Of a stretch of 64,000 bases of DNA, positions 1 to 8,747 are shown piece by piece. Source of the DNA: Kiritimatiellia bacterium (GTDB lineage: Bacteria > Verrucomicrobiota > Kiritimatiellia > CAIVKH01); the NCBI GenBank assembly GCA_035327305.1, contig DAOLDL010000004.1:12180-76179 (forward strand), read 5' to 3'. A model generated the notes under the pieces. It was not told the origin of the DNA. It did not search any database and saw only the letters and a program-made list of their open reading frames with translations. The stretch's first letter is position 1, and each line of letters starts with the position of its first letter. A program made the translations under genes and the position numbers.

Positions 1-652
1 GGTGAGGGGCGAGTGAATGGAAAAACATGACATCGCCCGGCATTAAATCCACTCGTTTAGGCGAAAATCCCTCCAGAAGCGAGGGATCCGTATCCATCGG
101 GGCATCCGGTGTGCCGGGAATGCGCGATTGATGCATGCCGGGATAAATTTCCAAGGCTCCGTTTTTTTCATTTGCCTCATCGATTGCCACCCACACAGAC
201 AGCATTTCTTCGGCCGGTATACCCAGTAACTCCCAATATGGATAATCCTGGTGAACGTCATAACCATAGGTTCCGGGCGGCTTCATGATCAGCTTGTCTT
301 TGAACAATGCCACAGGGCCACCGATCAATGCTTCTGTCGGATTGGTCAATCGCTGATCAGACGCCAAAGCGCTAAATATCGGTGAAAGATCCAGGACAGG
401 GTCCAAACGATCCATGATGGCGCCCAGCGAAAGATGTTTACGACCCGACACGCGGGGATGATCGGTTTTCTGCAATTCCGCTACCAGGCGATCACACTCT
501 GCCCGCCACGACGCGATTTCTTCGGCATGAAAACACCCTTGGAGCAGGGTAAAGCCGGCTTCACGGTAATGCTGAATGTATTTCAAATCTCCAACCGCAC
601 AGGCAGATTCGTTACCGGTTACTACGCGTCCATTCATGGCAGGATCCGACAT
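1..652 (-). CDS. Phytanoyl-CoA dioxygenase (PhyH) family Fe(II)/2-oxoglutarate oxygenase; 3' end is outside the window (partial)
   Basis: I translated the minus strand by hand from ATG at ~652 (a second ATG is at ~637). It stays open to position 1: MSDPAMNGRVVTGNESACAVGDLKYIQHYREAGFTLLQGCFHAEEIASW...KDKLIMKPPGTYGYDVHQDYPYWELLG...WVAIDEANEKNGALEIYPGMH... This shows the PhyH-type HxD motif and overall pattern. It is absent from the ORF track because it has no in-window stop. The track ORF 43..267(-) is in a different frame. Confidence 0.55.
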   Translation of the reverse strand, partial: MSDPAMNGRVVTGNESACAVGDLKYIQHYREAGFTLLQGCFHAEEIASWRAECDRLVAELQKTDHPRVSGRKHLSLGAIMDRLDPVLDLSPIFSALASDQRLTNPTEALIGGPVALFKDKLIMKPPGTYGYDVHQDYPYWELLGIPAEEMLSVWVAIDEANEKNGALEIYPGMHQSRIPGTPDAPMDTDPSLLEGFSPKRVDLMPGDVMFFHSLAPH

Positions 653-1385
653 TCTTGAAGTTGTTTCTATCATATAAAGACGGATGATTATCAGATGTCA
701 CGGCAAAAGCAATAAGTGGCTCATCCGGTGGAAGCAAAACACTTAATGCTGTCAGAACCTGTGATCCGACACCTTTCCCACGAAGGTCCGGATGCACAAT
801 GAAGTTTTTCAGCCTGACGACGCCATTATATTTCATAATTCCATAGGATGCCACCACGCCTCCGGCCTTGCCCCGAGCCAGATAAAATGAGATTGCTCCG
901 CTCTGACGCTTCCTTTTTTCCATTTCGATATACAAACGGGCATTTACGACATGGCCATCAGGCGCTTGTTGTTCCAATCCAAACAATTCCTCGCGGGCCG
1001 ACCAATCCGAGAGGGTCACCACTTCCAACAGCTCCAACTCAACGTTTGCCGGATTCGCACTGCGGATTTCCGCTCCCGTGGCGGCTTGCACCCGTTCGGT
1101 TCTCATTTTGTAACCCGATTCGGTCAATACCCTGCTCCACTCCGGCGATACTTTGTCCAAATAGATGCGAAATCGGGGAAGACCGAGCTTGATCACGCAC
1201 GCTTCCAGCTCACGAACCAACAAACAAGGGTCGGCGGTCATGTCAACACGCATGGCGGTGGAAGCTGAAGTCAATTCCTCCAATTCGGGCATCCATACAA
1301 ACTCGCAACCGGGTAAATGTATTTTCCGCGCGGCCATTTCGAAATACACCGCATCACTTTCCAGCGCATTACGTTCAACGGTCAT
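612..1385 (-). CDS. GNAT family N-acetyltransferase with N-terminal extension
   Basis: C-terminal GNAT motif A: VRLKNFIVHPDLRGKGVGSQVLTALSVL. It overlaps the downstream PhyH start by ~26-40 nt and the upstream PP-loop gene end by 4 nt. Confidence 0.6.
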   Translation of the reverse strand: MTVERNALESDAVYFEMAARKIHLPGCEFVWMPELEELTSASTAMRVDMTADPCLLVRELEACVIKLGLPRFRIYLDKVSPEWSRVLTESGYKMRTERVQAATGAEIRSANPANVELELLEVVTLSDWSAREELFGLEQQAPDGHVVNARLYIEMEKRKRQSGAISFYLARGKAGGVVASYGIMKYNGVVRLKNFIVHPDLRGKGVGSQVLTALSVLLPPDEPLIAFAVTSDNHPSLYDRNNFKNVGSCHEWTRSNR

Positions 1386-2560
1386 CTATTTCCACCCAAC
1401 TGTGAAAGCAATCCATTGCACAAGTTGTTGATATGCGTAACCGCATCATCGCGCCACCGGAGAAGTAAAAGTTTTCTGCGACCGGTTGATCGTTCAATAA
1501 GATTCAGGATGGCTTCCCTCAAGACGCGCGACCGGCAATTAGCATAAATTGCCGACCACGGAATGGCCAATCCCGCCGGCCTGATCATGGGCAGGTTATT
1601 CAGTTTTTTCACCAGATCACCTCGTTCAAACGCCGTGGATCGGGACAACACGCCCAGGACCTCCAGCGTCATCATGGTGCGAAGACATTTTTCGCAACAC
1701 GAGCAATTTCCGGTTGAGGCGCGGTTTTCCCAGCATACTCGAACATGCGCCAAAAAATCCGCGTTTCGTGCGATTGCGGCGGTTTTCTGGAAGCGGAGAT
1801 ATTGTTCGCCGTAATGCTCAATCTTCACACGCGAGGTGGAGTAATGTTTGTCGGTATCCCTGTGACTCCCCCAAGGCTGGGCAACTTTGTAAAAATAACT
1901 GGAGGGAATTAGCAATCGCTCAATACAATCGCGCAATACAAGTCCGCCGGCGGCAATTGCCGCGCCGTGGGTTTTTCGCCAATCCGCCTTTCCGAAGATA
2001 TGATGCCCGCGAAGATTGGTGCGAAGGATCAGAAGTTTTTTATTGTTGTGCGCGACCAGGGTTTCCATGGATCGCCTGAAGGCCTGCATGCGGATATGAT
2101 GATCGAGCGGAATGTCAAATCCCTGCACGAAATAGAGGGCGTCAATGCGATCCAGGTTGCCCAGATAAGTATGAAATGAATCAACTCCTCCCGTGAAACA
2201 AGAGGCGACCATTCGGCGGGTTGTCGGCAAGGATTCTTCCATCACGCACGTAGAGTCCGACAAAGGGAATACTGACGAGCCGGGAAACCACCAATTGCGG
2301 TATATCGCCACCAGCTTTTTTTGTCCCTCCAACCAGGCGGCGTCAACCGGCGATTCAAGGCACAATTGTGCGCCGGCCTCCAGCGCGGGAATCAACATGG
2401 CGCCGGCAAATGCTTCGATGGAGGGGGCAAGCTCCGCGCCGTCCGACTCGAACCAAACGGACTCCCCGTCAATTTCACAAACGACGCGGTAACCGCCGCA
2501 TATTTGTTCAATACAAGGCGTCGAAAGCTTCCAATAGGGTCTCACGTCAGCCGGCATCAA
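1382..2560 (-). CDS. PP-loop ATPase superfamily protein (QueC / N-acetyl-sugar amidotransferase-like) with ~115-aa N-terminal extension
   Basis: Variant PP-loop CFTGGVDSFHT. C-terminal Cys cluster CWENRASTGNCSCCEKCLRT resembles the QueC zinc site C..GCGxCxxCxLR. The start ATG overlaps the stop of the upstream 64-aa gene (ATGA). Confidence 0.45.
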   Translation of the reverse strand: MMPADVRPYWKLSTPCIEQICGGYRVVCEIDGESVWFESDGAELAPSIEAFAGAMLIPALEAGAQLCLESPVDAAWLEGQKKLVAIYRNWWFPGSSVFPLSDSTCVMEESLPTTRRMVASCFTGGVDSFHTYLGNLDRIDALYFVQGFDIPLDHHIRMQAFRRSMETLVAHNNKKLLILRTNLRGHHIFGKADWRKTHGAAIAAGGLVLRDCIERLLIPSSYFYKVAQPWGSHRDTDKHYSTSRVKIEHYGEQYLRFQKTAAIARNADFLAHVRVCWENRASTGNCSCCEKCLRTMMTLEVLGVLSRSTAFERGDLVKKLNNLPMIRPAGLAIPWSAIYANCRSRVLREAILNLIERSTGRRKLLLLRWRDDAVTHINNLCNGLLSQLGGNR

Positions 2561-2751
2561 TCACGAATTTCCAACTCGATAAAGTCTTCACCCACGGATG
2601 TACATGGACAAAGTTCCAGGCGGTATCGAATTTCGTCGCGCATGGCATCCAGCGCATTCGTCGGGCTTAATGCTCTCGTTGTCAATCCAAGATCCGCGCA
2701 TTCAGCCACGAATTCCCCATCCTCACAATCCAATGAAACATTGTATTTCAT
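2557..2751 (-). CDS. Small HicB-like (UPF0150 fold) protein
   Basis: MKYNVSLDCEDGEFVAECADLGLTTRALSPTNALDAMRDEI matches the HicB/UPF0150 pattern (Y.V.L..EDG.(F/Y)VA..PDL.G....G.T..EAL....E). 4-nt overlap with the PP-loop gene. Confidence 0.4.
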   Translation of the reverse strand: MKYNVSLDCEDGEFVAECADLGLTTRALSPTNALDAMRDEIRYRLELCPCTSVGEDFIELEIRD

Positions 2752-2837
2752 ATCGGTATCTTCACTTATCGTACACTATAGGATTAGACAAACCAACCTG
2801 TATTGCCAGTCGAATTTTGTTGTGTTATTATGTCCAA

Positions 2838-3230
2838 ATGAAACTTATCCCGCTTCTATGCATACTTATGGCTTTTGCGGTGTGCAATCGCGCCTACAGC
2901 GAGATCACGGAAATCAAACAGGGTGGCCTTGCCATTAACATATCCGAGGTTTTGTCAGCCGATGAGCCGGGCGTAATGGTATTTCATGCCCCCTGGGACC
3001 AGGACTCGATCAGCCTTGTCGAGAGGCTGACTGAATGGGCGAAATCATATCCAAACCTCACCATCGTGCTCATCGATGTCGTGGACGCGCGAACCCAGGT
3101 TTATCGACAATTTTCCCTGAAGATGCTTCCCTCGATTATTGTGATGGATCGATACCACGAACAGCTTGGCGAAACGGTATTCGATGTCGACGATCTTGAG
3201 GATCTGCTACGGAATCACCGGATTATTTAG
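2838..3230 (+). CDS. Secreted thioredoxin-fold protein lacking the CxxC active site
   Basis: Internal start MKLIPLLCILMAFAVCNRAYS is a signal peptide; the longer track ORF starts at 2598. Thioredoxin-like core VMVFHAPWDQDSISLVERL...LPSIIVMD has WDQD in place of WCGPC. Confidence 0.45.
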   Translation: MKLIPLLCILMAFAVCNRAYSEITEIKQGGLAINISEVLSADEPGVMVFHAPWDQDSISLVERLTEWAKSYPNLTIVLIDVVDARTQVYRQFSLKMLPSIIVMDRYHEQLGETVFDVDDLEDLLRNHRII

Positions 3231-3786
3231 CGACCGGCAGGGATTCCGGATCCAAAGCGGCAAGGTGGGGCAACGCGGCATCTTTGGGCGACAAAACAGC
3301 GTCCCGGCTTGGCCATTCTATACCAACATCGGGATCGTTCCAAATGATGCCGGCGTCATCGGATGGCACATAAAGTTCGGTGCATTTGTACATGACGAGG
3401 GCGGTTTCACTAAGCACAAGAAATCCGTGGGCGAATCCTTCCGGAACGTAAAGTTGCCGGTGATTATCCGCCGACAGAACATAGGCATCCCACTGCCCAT
3501 ACGTTGGCGAATCGCGTCGGAGATCGACCGCAACATCAAATATTTCCCCCTGCATGGCATACACCAGTTTGCCTTGAGGGAATTTTTTCTGGAAATGCAG
3601 TCCTCGCAGAACATTTCGTTTGGAAAACGAAGCGTTGTCCTGGACAAAAGCCCGGGCGATGCCGGCCTCCGCATATTTGCGTGCGTGGTAGGTTTCGGTG
3701 AAAAACCCCCGGTCATCAGGAAAAACACGTGTTTCCACCAGAATCAGACCATCCAATTTTCCCCGTGTAATGTTTAATCCGCTCAT
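3223..3786 (-). CDS. rfbC: dTDP-4-dehydrorhamnose 3,5-epimerase
   Basis: Full-length RmlC pattern: GLILVETRVFPDDRGFFTETY...RGLHFQ...QGKLVYAMQGEIFDVAVDLR...HRQLYVPEGFAHGF. Confidence 0.9.
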   Translation of the reverse strand: MSGLNITRGKLDGLILVETRVFPDDRGFFTETYHARKYAEAGIARAFVQDNASFSKRNVLRGLHFQKKFPQGKLVYAMQGEIFDVAVDLRRDSPTYGQWDAYVLSADNHRQLYVPEGFAHGFLVLSETALVMYKCTELYVPSDDAGIIWNDPDVGIEWPSRDAVLSPKDAALPHLAALDPESLPVAK

Positions 3787-3789
3787 GAG

Positions 3790-4665
3790 TCACCATTCCG
3801 GGTTTTCCGCGAGATCCAATAGGTATTTACCGTATTCGTTTTTGGATAGCGGCTTGGCGACAGTGATCAATTGATCCGCGGAAATCCACTTTTTCCGGAA
3901 TGCGATCTCCTCGATGCATGCCACCTTCAACCCTTGCCGCTCTTCGATGGTTTGAACATAATTGGATGCCTGCAGAAGCGACTCATGCGTACCGGTATCC
4001 AGCCAGGCAAAACCCCGTCCCAGCAATTGCACCTGCAACTGGCCGCGTTGAAGATAAACTTTGTTCAGGTCGGTGATTTCCAATTCGCCGCGCGGCGAAG
4101 GTTGGAGGTTTTTCGCAATGTCCACCACCTGATTGTCATAGAAATACAGGCCGGGAACAGCGTACCGTGATTTCGGTTTTGCCGGCTTTTCTTCAATATC
4201 CAGGACCTTGCCGGTGGCATCAAATGAAACCACGCCATAACGTTCGGGATCCTTGACCAGATAACCAAATATCAGCCCGCCCGAAGTCAGTTGTCCGGCT
4301 GAAGCAAGAATTCCGGACAGATCGTGTCCGAAGAAAATATTATCGCCCAGAATCAGCGCCGCGGAATCGTTGCCGATAAATGGCGCTCCGATAATAAATG
4401 CCTGGGCTAAACCTTCGGGACGCGGTTGAACCGCATACGAGAGCTTGATCCCGAGTTGGGATCCATCCCCCAACAGCAATTCAAATCGGGGAAGGTCTTC
4501 CGGGGTGGAGATGATCAGAATTTCCCGGATCCCCGCAAGCATGAGAACGGAAAGCGGGTAATAAATCATTGGTTTGTCGTAAACCGGCAGTAATTGCTTA
4601 CTGACAACCCGCGTTATGGGATACAACCTTGTGCCGGAACCCCCGGCCAGAATGATTCCCTTCAT
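3790..4665 (-). CDS. rfbA: Glucose-1-phosphate thymidylyltransferase
   Basis: [18 protein letters not shown]...[18 protein letters not shown]...[28 protein letters not shown] is canonical RmlA. Confidence 0.92.
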   Translation of the reverse strand: MKGIILAGGSGTRLYPITRVVSKQLLPVYDKPMIYYPLSVLMLAGIREILIISTPEDLPRFELLLGDGSQLGIKLSYAVQPRPEGLAQAFIIGAPFIGNDSAALILGDNIFFGHDLSGILASAGQLTSGGLIFGYLVKDPERYGVVSFDATGKVLDIEEKPAKPKSRYAVPGLYFYDNQVVDIAKNLQPSPRGELEITDLNKVYLQRGQLQVQLLGRGFAWLDTGTHESLLQASNYVQTIEERQGLKVACIEEIAFRKKWISADQLITVAKPLSKNEYGKYLLDLAENPEW

Positions 4666-4910
4666 GAGATATATGCCTTTAATTTAGTCATCGGCGTACA
4701 GTCATACTACGAATCCCCGTTTACTGACAAGATCGGTTATCGCCGATCCGGAAATGCCGCCTCACCCTTGGCGCTGGCAGGAGGTCTCCGCATATGCAAG
4801 CTACCGAATATCAGAAAGCATCTGACAATAGAATTTCTGTCCAATTAATTTTCTCGCCACGTTTTTATTAAACAACAACTGCGGCGGGACGGCAGACAGA
4901 AACAATGCTT

Positions 4911-6776
4911 TTAAGCGCGAATCATGGCCGTTTTTTTCGCAAACGGTGCGGTAAGCAATACGAAAAGCACTTCAATGCCGATACTGATCCACATTCCGCG
5001 GGCAAGGCCCGAAGTGAATCCGTACGAGTGCAATCCTACGCCCAGCAAATTCACTCCAAGCCAGGCAAAGATCACAATGATCACGCCAAGTACACTTCCC
5101 ACCGCCATTCCCAACGGACCGATCATATTGGCGATACGGGCATGGAATAACAACGCGCACCACAGCACAATCAACAACGCGCCGTTTTCCTTGGGATCCC
5201 AACCCCAGAAGCGACCCCACGACTGATCCGCCCATACGCCGCCCAGCATGGTGCCCAAAAACGAAAAAACCAGGCCAAAGGCGAGCAACCCGTAGATGGC
5301 CTTGGTTGTGGACCTCAAGGCCGGATGCTCGGAGGTGCGGAACAAAGCCTGAATCAAATACACATGACCGGCCAGTCCCGCCGCCACGCAACCGGCATAA
5401 CCTATCGTGATGCAAACAACATGGGTCGCCAGCCAGAAATTGGAGTCCAACACCGCAACCACCACGCCCATCGTATCGCCCTGGGAGGAAAACTTCGCGG
5501 CAACCAGCAACATGGCCAACCCGGAAAAGCCGGCCATGACCGAACCAAGGCTGTTGCGTTGAAACCATTCAATAATGAGGCACAGCAAGACGCATATCAG
5601 AGCGACAAATAAAAAAGTCGCGTATAGATTGGTCATCGGCGGACGACCCATGATCATCATACGCCAGATAATGCCCAACGCATGGGGAATCACGGCAAGC
5701 ATGGCCAACCCAGTGGCGGCGTATCTTACCCCCCGGACATTGACCAGAATAGCAATCAGGCCGAGCAGAAAAGCAAACCCGTAAAGAAGTTTGGATTGAT
5801 AAAATAAATCGTAGCGGTTGTATTTCAGCTCCAGATCGAGGTGACGGATACCGCGTGAAGGATTCGCCCGTTTAAGCACGGAACGCTCAAAACTGTGTGC
5901 GGCGAGATCGAATTCGAGTTGCTTGCCGGCCCGGAAATTTCGAGCCACATCCTGAAGATGCGCAACTTCCTGCCGTAATTCGGGCGTAACCAGTCCCATG
6001 GCCAGAATGTCCCATGGGCTTACCCAATCCTCGTGACCGTGCCCATGCAACGGGATCATTACCACCGGCAATGCGCGATGATGCTGGCTCCATTGATACA
6101 GGCGCGATGACAGAGAAAATACTTCCTTCATGACATCGTTCCAATCGGCAGGTTCGGTCCGCTCAATCAAGGACATGGTGTCCGACATTCGCGATGCGCG
6201 CAGGAAAATATCCAGGAAGGAATAGCCGTCGGCGGGCGGCAACCCCAGCAAGTGATTTACTTCTTCTGATGTGACCTGGAAGTCGCGGTGGTTGTGAGTG
6301 AATTGAAACGCCTGCACCAGTTCCGCGTATTGGCTGGCATTATGGTAAACGCGGAGAATTTCCTTCTCGACCGGCGAGCGGTCGTCATCGGCAATTTCAA
6401 ACGCGCGAACCGCCATTTCGTGCAATTTATGCAAACCCTTGTGCAATTCGCTGAAGCTGAATCGCCGGCGGTCTCCGGGATTAATCCCCAGGGCTTCCGC
6501 GACTTCCGGATGATTGATGAGAAACACCTGTCGGTATTCCACGGTTTCCGGCATAAACAGCAAACGTGCCAGCCACGACAACGCAGGCTCCTTGTCGATG
6601 GTGCTTTTACCGGAGAATTGAAGCAACTTCAGCCGGGCATACGAATCCATCGGCATGACGCGCCCCCCTTCCAACACCGGCCATTTGGCCATGCTGTCAA
6701 CGGAGCCGACCTGGGCCACGGCGATTTCCGCCCACCCCAGTATTGCCAGAAGAATCAGTGACATCATGCGGTTCAT
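4911..6776 (-). CDS. ccsA: Cytochrome c biogenesis protein CcsA (System II) with ~330-aa N-terminal periplasmic extension
   Basis: Trp-rich WWD heme-handling motif WGRFWGWDPKENGAL and a multi-TM C-terminal core. I take the start at MNRMMSLILLAILGW (signal-like), which overlaps the resB stop by 4 nt. The track ORF extends to 6848. Confidence 0.8.
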   Translation of the reverse strand: MNRMMSLILLAILGWAEIAVAQVGSVDSMAKWPVLEGGRVMPMDSYARLKLLQFSGKSTIDKEPALSWLARLLFMPETVEYRQVFLINHPEVAEALGINPGDRRRFSFSELHKGLHKLHEMAVRAFEIADDDRSPVEKEILRVYHNASQYAELVQAFQFTHNHRDFQVTSEEVNHLLGLPPADGYSFLDIFLRASRMSDTMSLIERTEPADWNDVMKEVFSLSSRLYQWSQHHRALPVVMIPLHGHGHEDWVSPWDILAMGLVTPELRQEVAHLQDVARNFRAGKQLEFDLAAHSFERSVLKRANPSRGIRHLDLELKYNRYDLFYQSKLLYGFAFLLGLIAILVNVRGVRYAATGLAMLAVIPHALGIIWRMMIMGRPPMTNLYATFLFVALICVLLCLIIEWFQRNSLGSVMAGFSGLAMLLVAAKFSSQGDTMGVVVAVLDSNFWLATHVVCITIGYAGCVAAGLAGHVYLIQALFRTSEHPALRSTTKAIYGLLAFGLVFSFLGTMLGGVWADQSWGRFWGWDPKENGALLIVLWCALLFHARIANMIGPLGMAVGSVLGVIIVIFAWLGVNLLGVGLHSYGFTSGLARGMWISIGIEVLFVLLTAPFAKKTAMIRA

Positions 6777-7930
6777 GACAAACCTCCCGCCACTGCATGC
6801 TTGCGTTGTCGTCGCGCGTGCTTGATCAACATTTGCATGAAGTGCCACGCCATACCCAGGACAACAATGCCGGTTGAAACATAGGGAAGCAGTCGCCCGT
6901 AATTGCGTGTGACGGCAAATGTCGAGGATTCAGAACCATCCGGTAATTCGCGGTATGATTGTTGATACAATGTGTACCCGCGATGACGAAGCGGCTTGTT
7001 CATGGAAATGGTCAACTCACGGGTAATTCCGTCGGCTTGAACTTCCACGACACTGGAAAAACTCCTGGGAGTCTGGGTGCCGGGGTGAAGCTCCTTTCGA
7101 AAATCCACCAACGTAACCAGCAACGGGAGCGGATACTTTTTATGGCGTAAGCCAATGGCATATTCCTTGTCGCCGACAGGAATGATCAACGGCGCGGTGT
7201 CATCACCGTATAGCAGAATTTTTTGGGGATCCATTTCGGGGGACGACACCAAAAATATGCCTCCCGGCGTATTTTGGGTCGGTTCTTTTTCCAACGGCGC
7301 TTTTTCGAGGCGGCTTATATTCAACGCGGTCAGGTAAGGAGACGGATCCGTGCGCGACTGGTATGCGCGCGCATGATCGTGGTAGACTTCCACCTCCACC
7401 GTGATCGGAATGGGATCAAACGACAAACGTTCGCCGGGCTGCAATCCGCGGCTGTTGATGGCATAGACATCACGCACCGCGCCTTCACGATTCCAGACGG
7501 CCAACTCCCACTCGTAGTACGACGACGAGACATTCGATGCTTCGCCCTCCCACAACGAGAGATAAGATTCCTCGCCATATTTATGGGTGATGGCGCCGCC
7601 GATCAGCATGATCAGAAGTCCGGCATGAATCATGAGAATGCCGGGCTTCAACGGTTGGAATGCCAGCATATTGATCATGTAGCCCAGCAGATTGATCATC
7701 AATACGCCCAATACCAGCTTGGCGCCCGGAAATGGCAAAACGCCGAACACCAAGACAAACCACGATGTAAAAAACTTTTCCTGCGCGGCAAACAAGCCGT
7801 GTTCAACCTGATAAAGCGTGCCCCAAAAAGTAAGGATCATCAGCAATCCAAGACAAATCACGGTCAGCGGAATGGAAAACATCCATTGCACCGGGGATGA
7901 TCCCCACACTTTTAAAAGTTTTTGAGTCAT
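6773..7930 (-). CDS. resB: Cytochrome c biogenesis protein ResB/Ccs1 (System II)
   Basis: N-terminal TM helices, a large periplasmic domain, and a C-terminal TM (VSTGIVVLGMAWHFMQ). Immediately upstream of ccsA and translationally coupled to it. Confidence 0.75.
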   Translation of the reverse strand: MTQKLLKVWGSSPVQWMFSIPLTVICLGLLMILTFWGTLYQVEHGLFAAQEKFFTSWFVLVFGVLPFPGAKLVLGVLMINLLGYMINMLAFQPLKPGILMIHAGLLIMLIGGAITHKYGEESYLSLWEGEASNVSSSYYEWELAVWNREGAVRDVYAINSRGLQPGERLSFDPIPITVEVEVYHDHARAYQSRTDPSPYLTALNISRLEKAPLEKEPTQNTPGGIFLVSSPEMDPQKILLYGDDTAPLIIPVGDKEYAIGLRHKKYPLPLLVTLVDFRKELHPGTQTPRSFSSVVEVQADGITRELTISMNKPLRHRGYTLYQQSYRELPDGSESSTFAVTRNYGRLLPYVSTGIVVLGMAWHFMQMLIKHARRQRKHAVAGGLS

Positions 7931-7936
7931 GTCGTA

Positions 7937-8599
7937 TTAAATTCTTGAAGGTTGCATGCGGACCGATCGGCATAATTCCTCAAATGCGGACTTATGGCGC
8001 TTAAGAACATCCGTGTCACCGGTCAGCTTGACAAACGCGGAATGATCCCCGACGACAATGATTCCGGCAAGTGTGCCGATTCTTGCATTGGCGGGCAGGA
8101 TATCGGCGAAGTCAAACAGGCGGCATTCATATCCGCCGACGGTGACAATACGTTTCGGGTTGGCGACGAATTCCTTCAGGCGGGATTCGGCAACCGTATG
8201 CCCAAGCTGGCCGACCCAACGGCGGATGTTGGCCTCATCGCCACCCACATCGCCCGGGAAACTCAAGATTGTGCATTCCTGTCCCTCCACCATCAGGGTG
8301 GCGATACGCATACCCGAGCCGCCGAGATTTTCCCAGCCGGGCGGTGTATCCCATTCCAGTGGCAAAGCAGGGGTGCGTAACTCGGGAGGAAGGTCGGGCA
8401 TGCGGGAAGAACCGGCCATCGGCGCGGCGGATGGCGGCATGGCGCTTTCCGATACAACTGCAGGCGAGCTTCCTTGCGGAGACGGATCATCGACCACAAA
8501 ATTAATCTCGCGGTAATGTCGCACTTCTCGATCGGCTTTTTCGCAAGCAATACAAAGTGTTGCGACCAAACCAGCTAAAACTATCTGCTCGAATTTCAT
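7937..8599 (-). CDS. Probable lipoprotein, unknown function
   Basis: Signal peptide with Cys (LVATLCIAC), then a Pro/Ser-rich linker and a globular domain. No recognisable catalytic motif. Confidence 0.45.
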   Translation of the reverse strand: MKFEQIVLAGLVATLCIACEKADREVRHYREINFVVDDPSPQGSSPAVVSESAMPPSAAPMAGSSRMPDLPPELRTPALPLEWDTPPGWENLGGSGMRIATLMVEGQECTILSFPGDVGGDEANIRRWVGQLGHTVAESRLKEFVANPKRIVTVGGYECRLFDFADILPANARIGTLAGIIVVGDHSAFVKLTGDTDVLKRHKSAFEELCRSVRMQPSRI

Positions 8600-8747
8600 G
8601 GAGTATCAAACGTATAGCATGAGTCTGCCAAGTCAAGCACACCCGAAAGGGTTTTGGTCAAAACTTTGGAATATTTTACAAGAATAAACAAATTGTGAAA
8701 GAATTACAGATAGGTCACGATTACGAACAAGGCATATCACGTTCATC

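Noticed and set aside
43-267. 74-aa minus-strand ORF from the track
   Set aside because: It is out of frame with, and embedded in, the longer PhyH-family reading frame that runs open from ~652 to the window edge. It is low complexity with no motif.
4972-5568. 198-aa Gly/Arg-rich ORF overlapping ccsA
   Set aside because: It is an alternative frame of the ccsA coding region. Its composition is an artefact of GC-rich codons.
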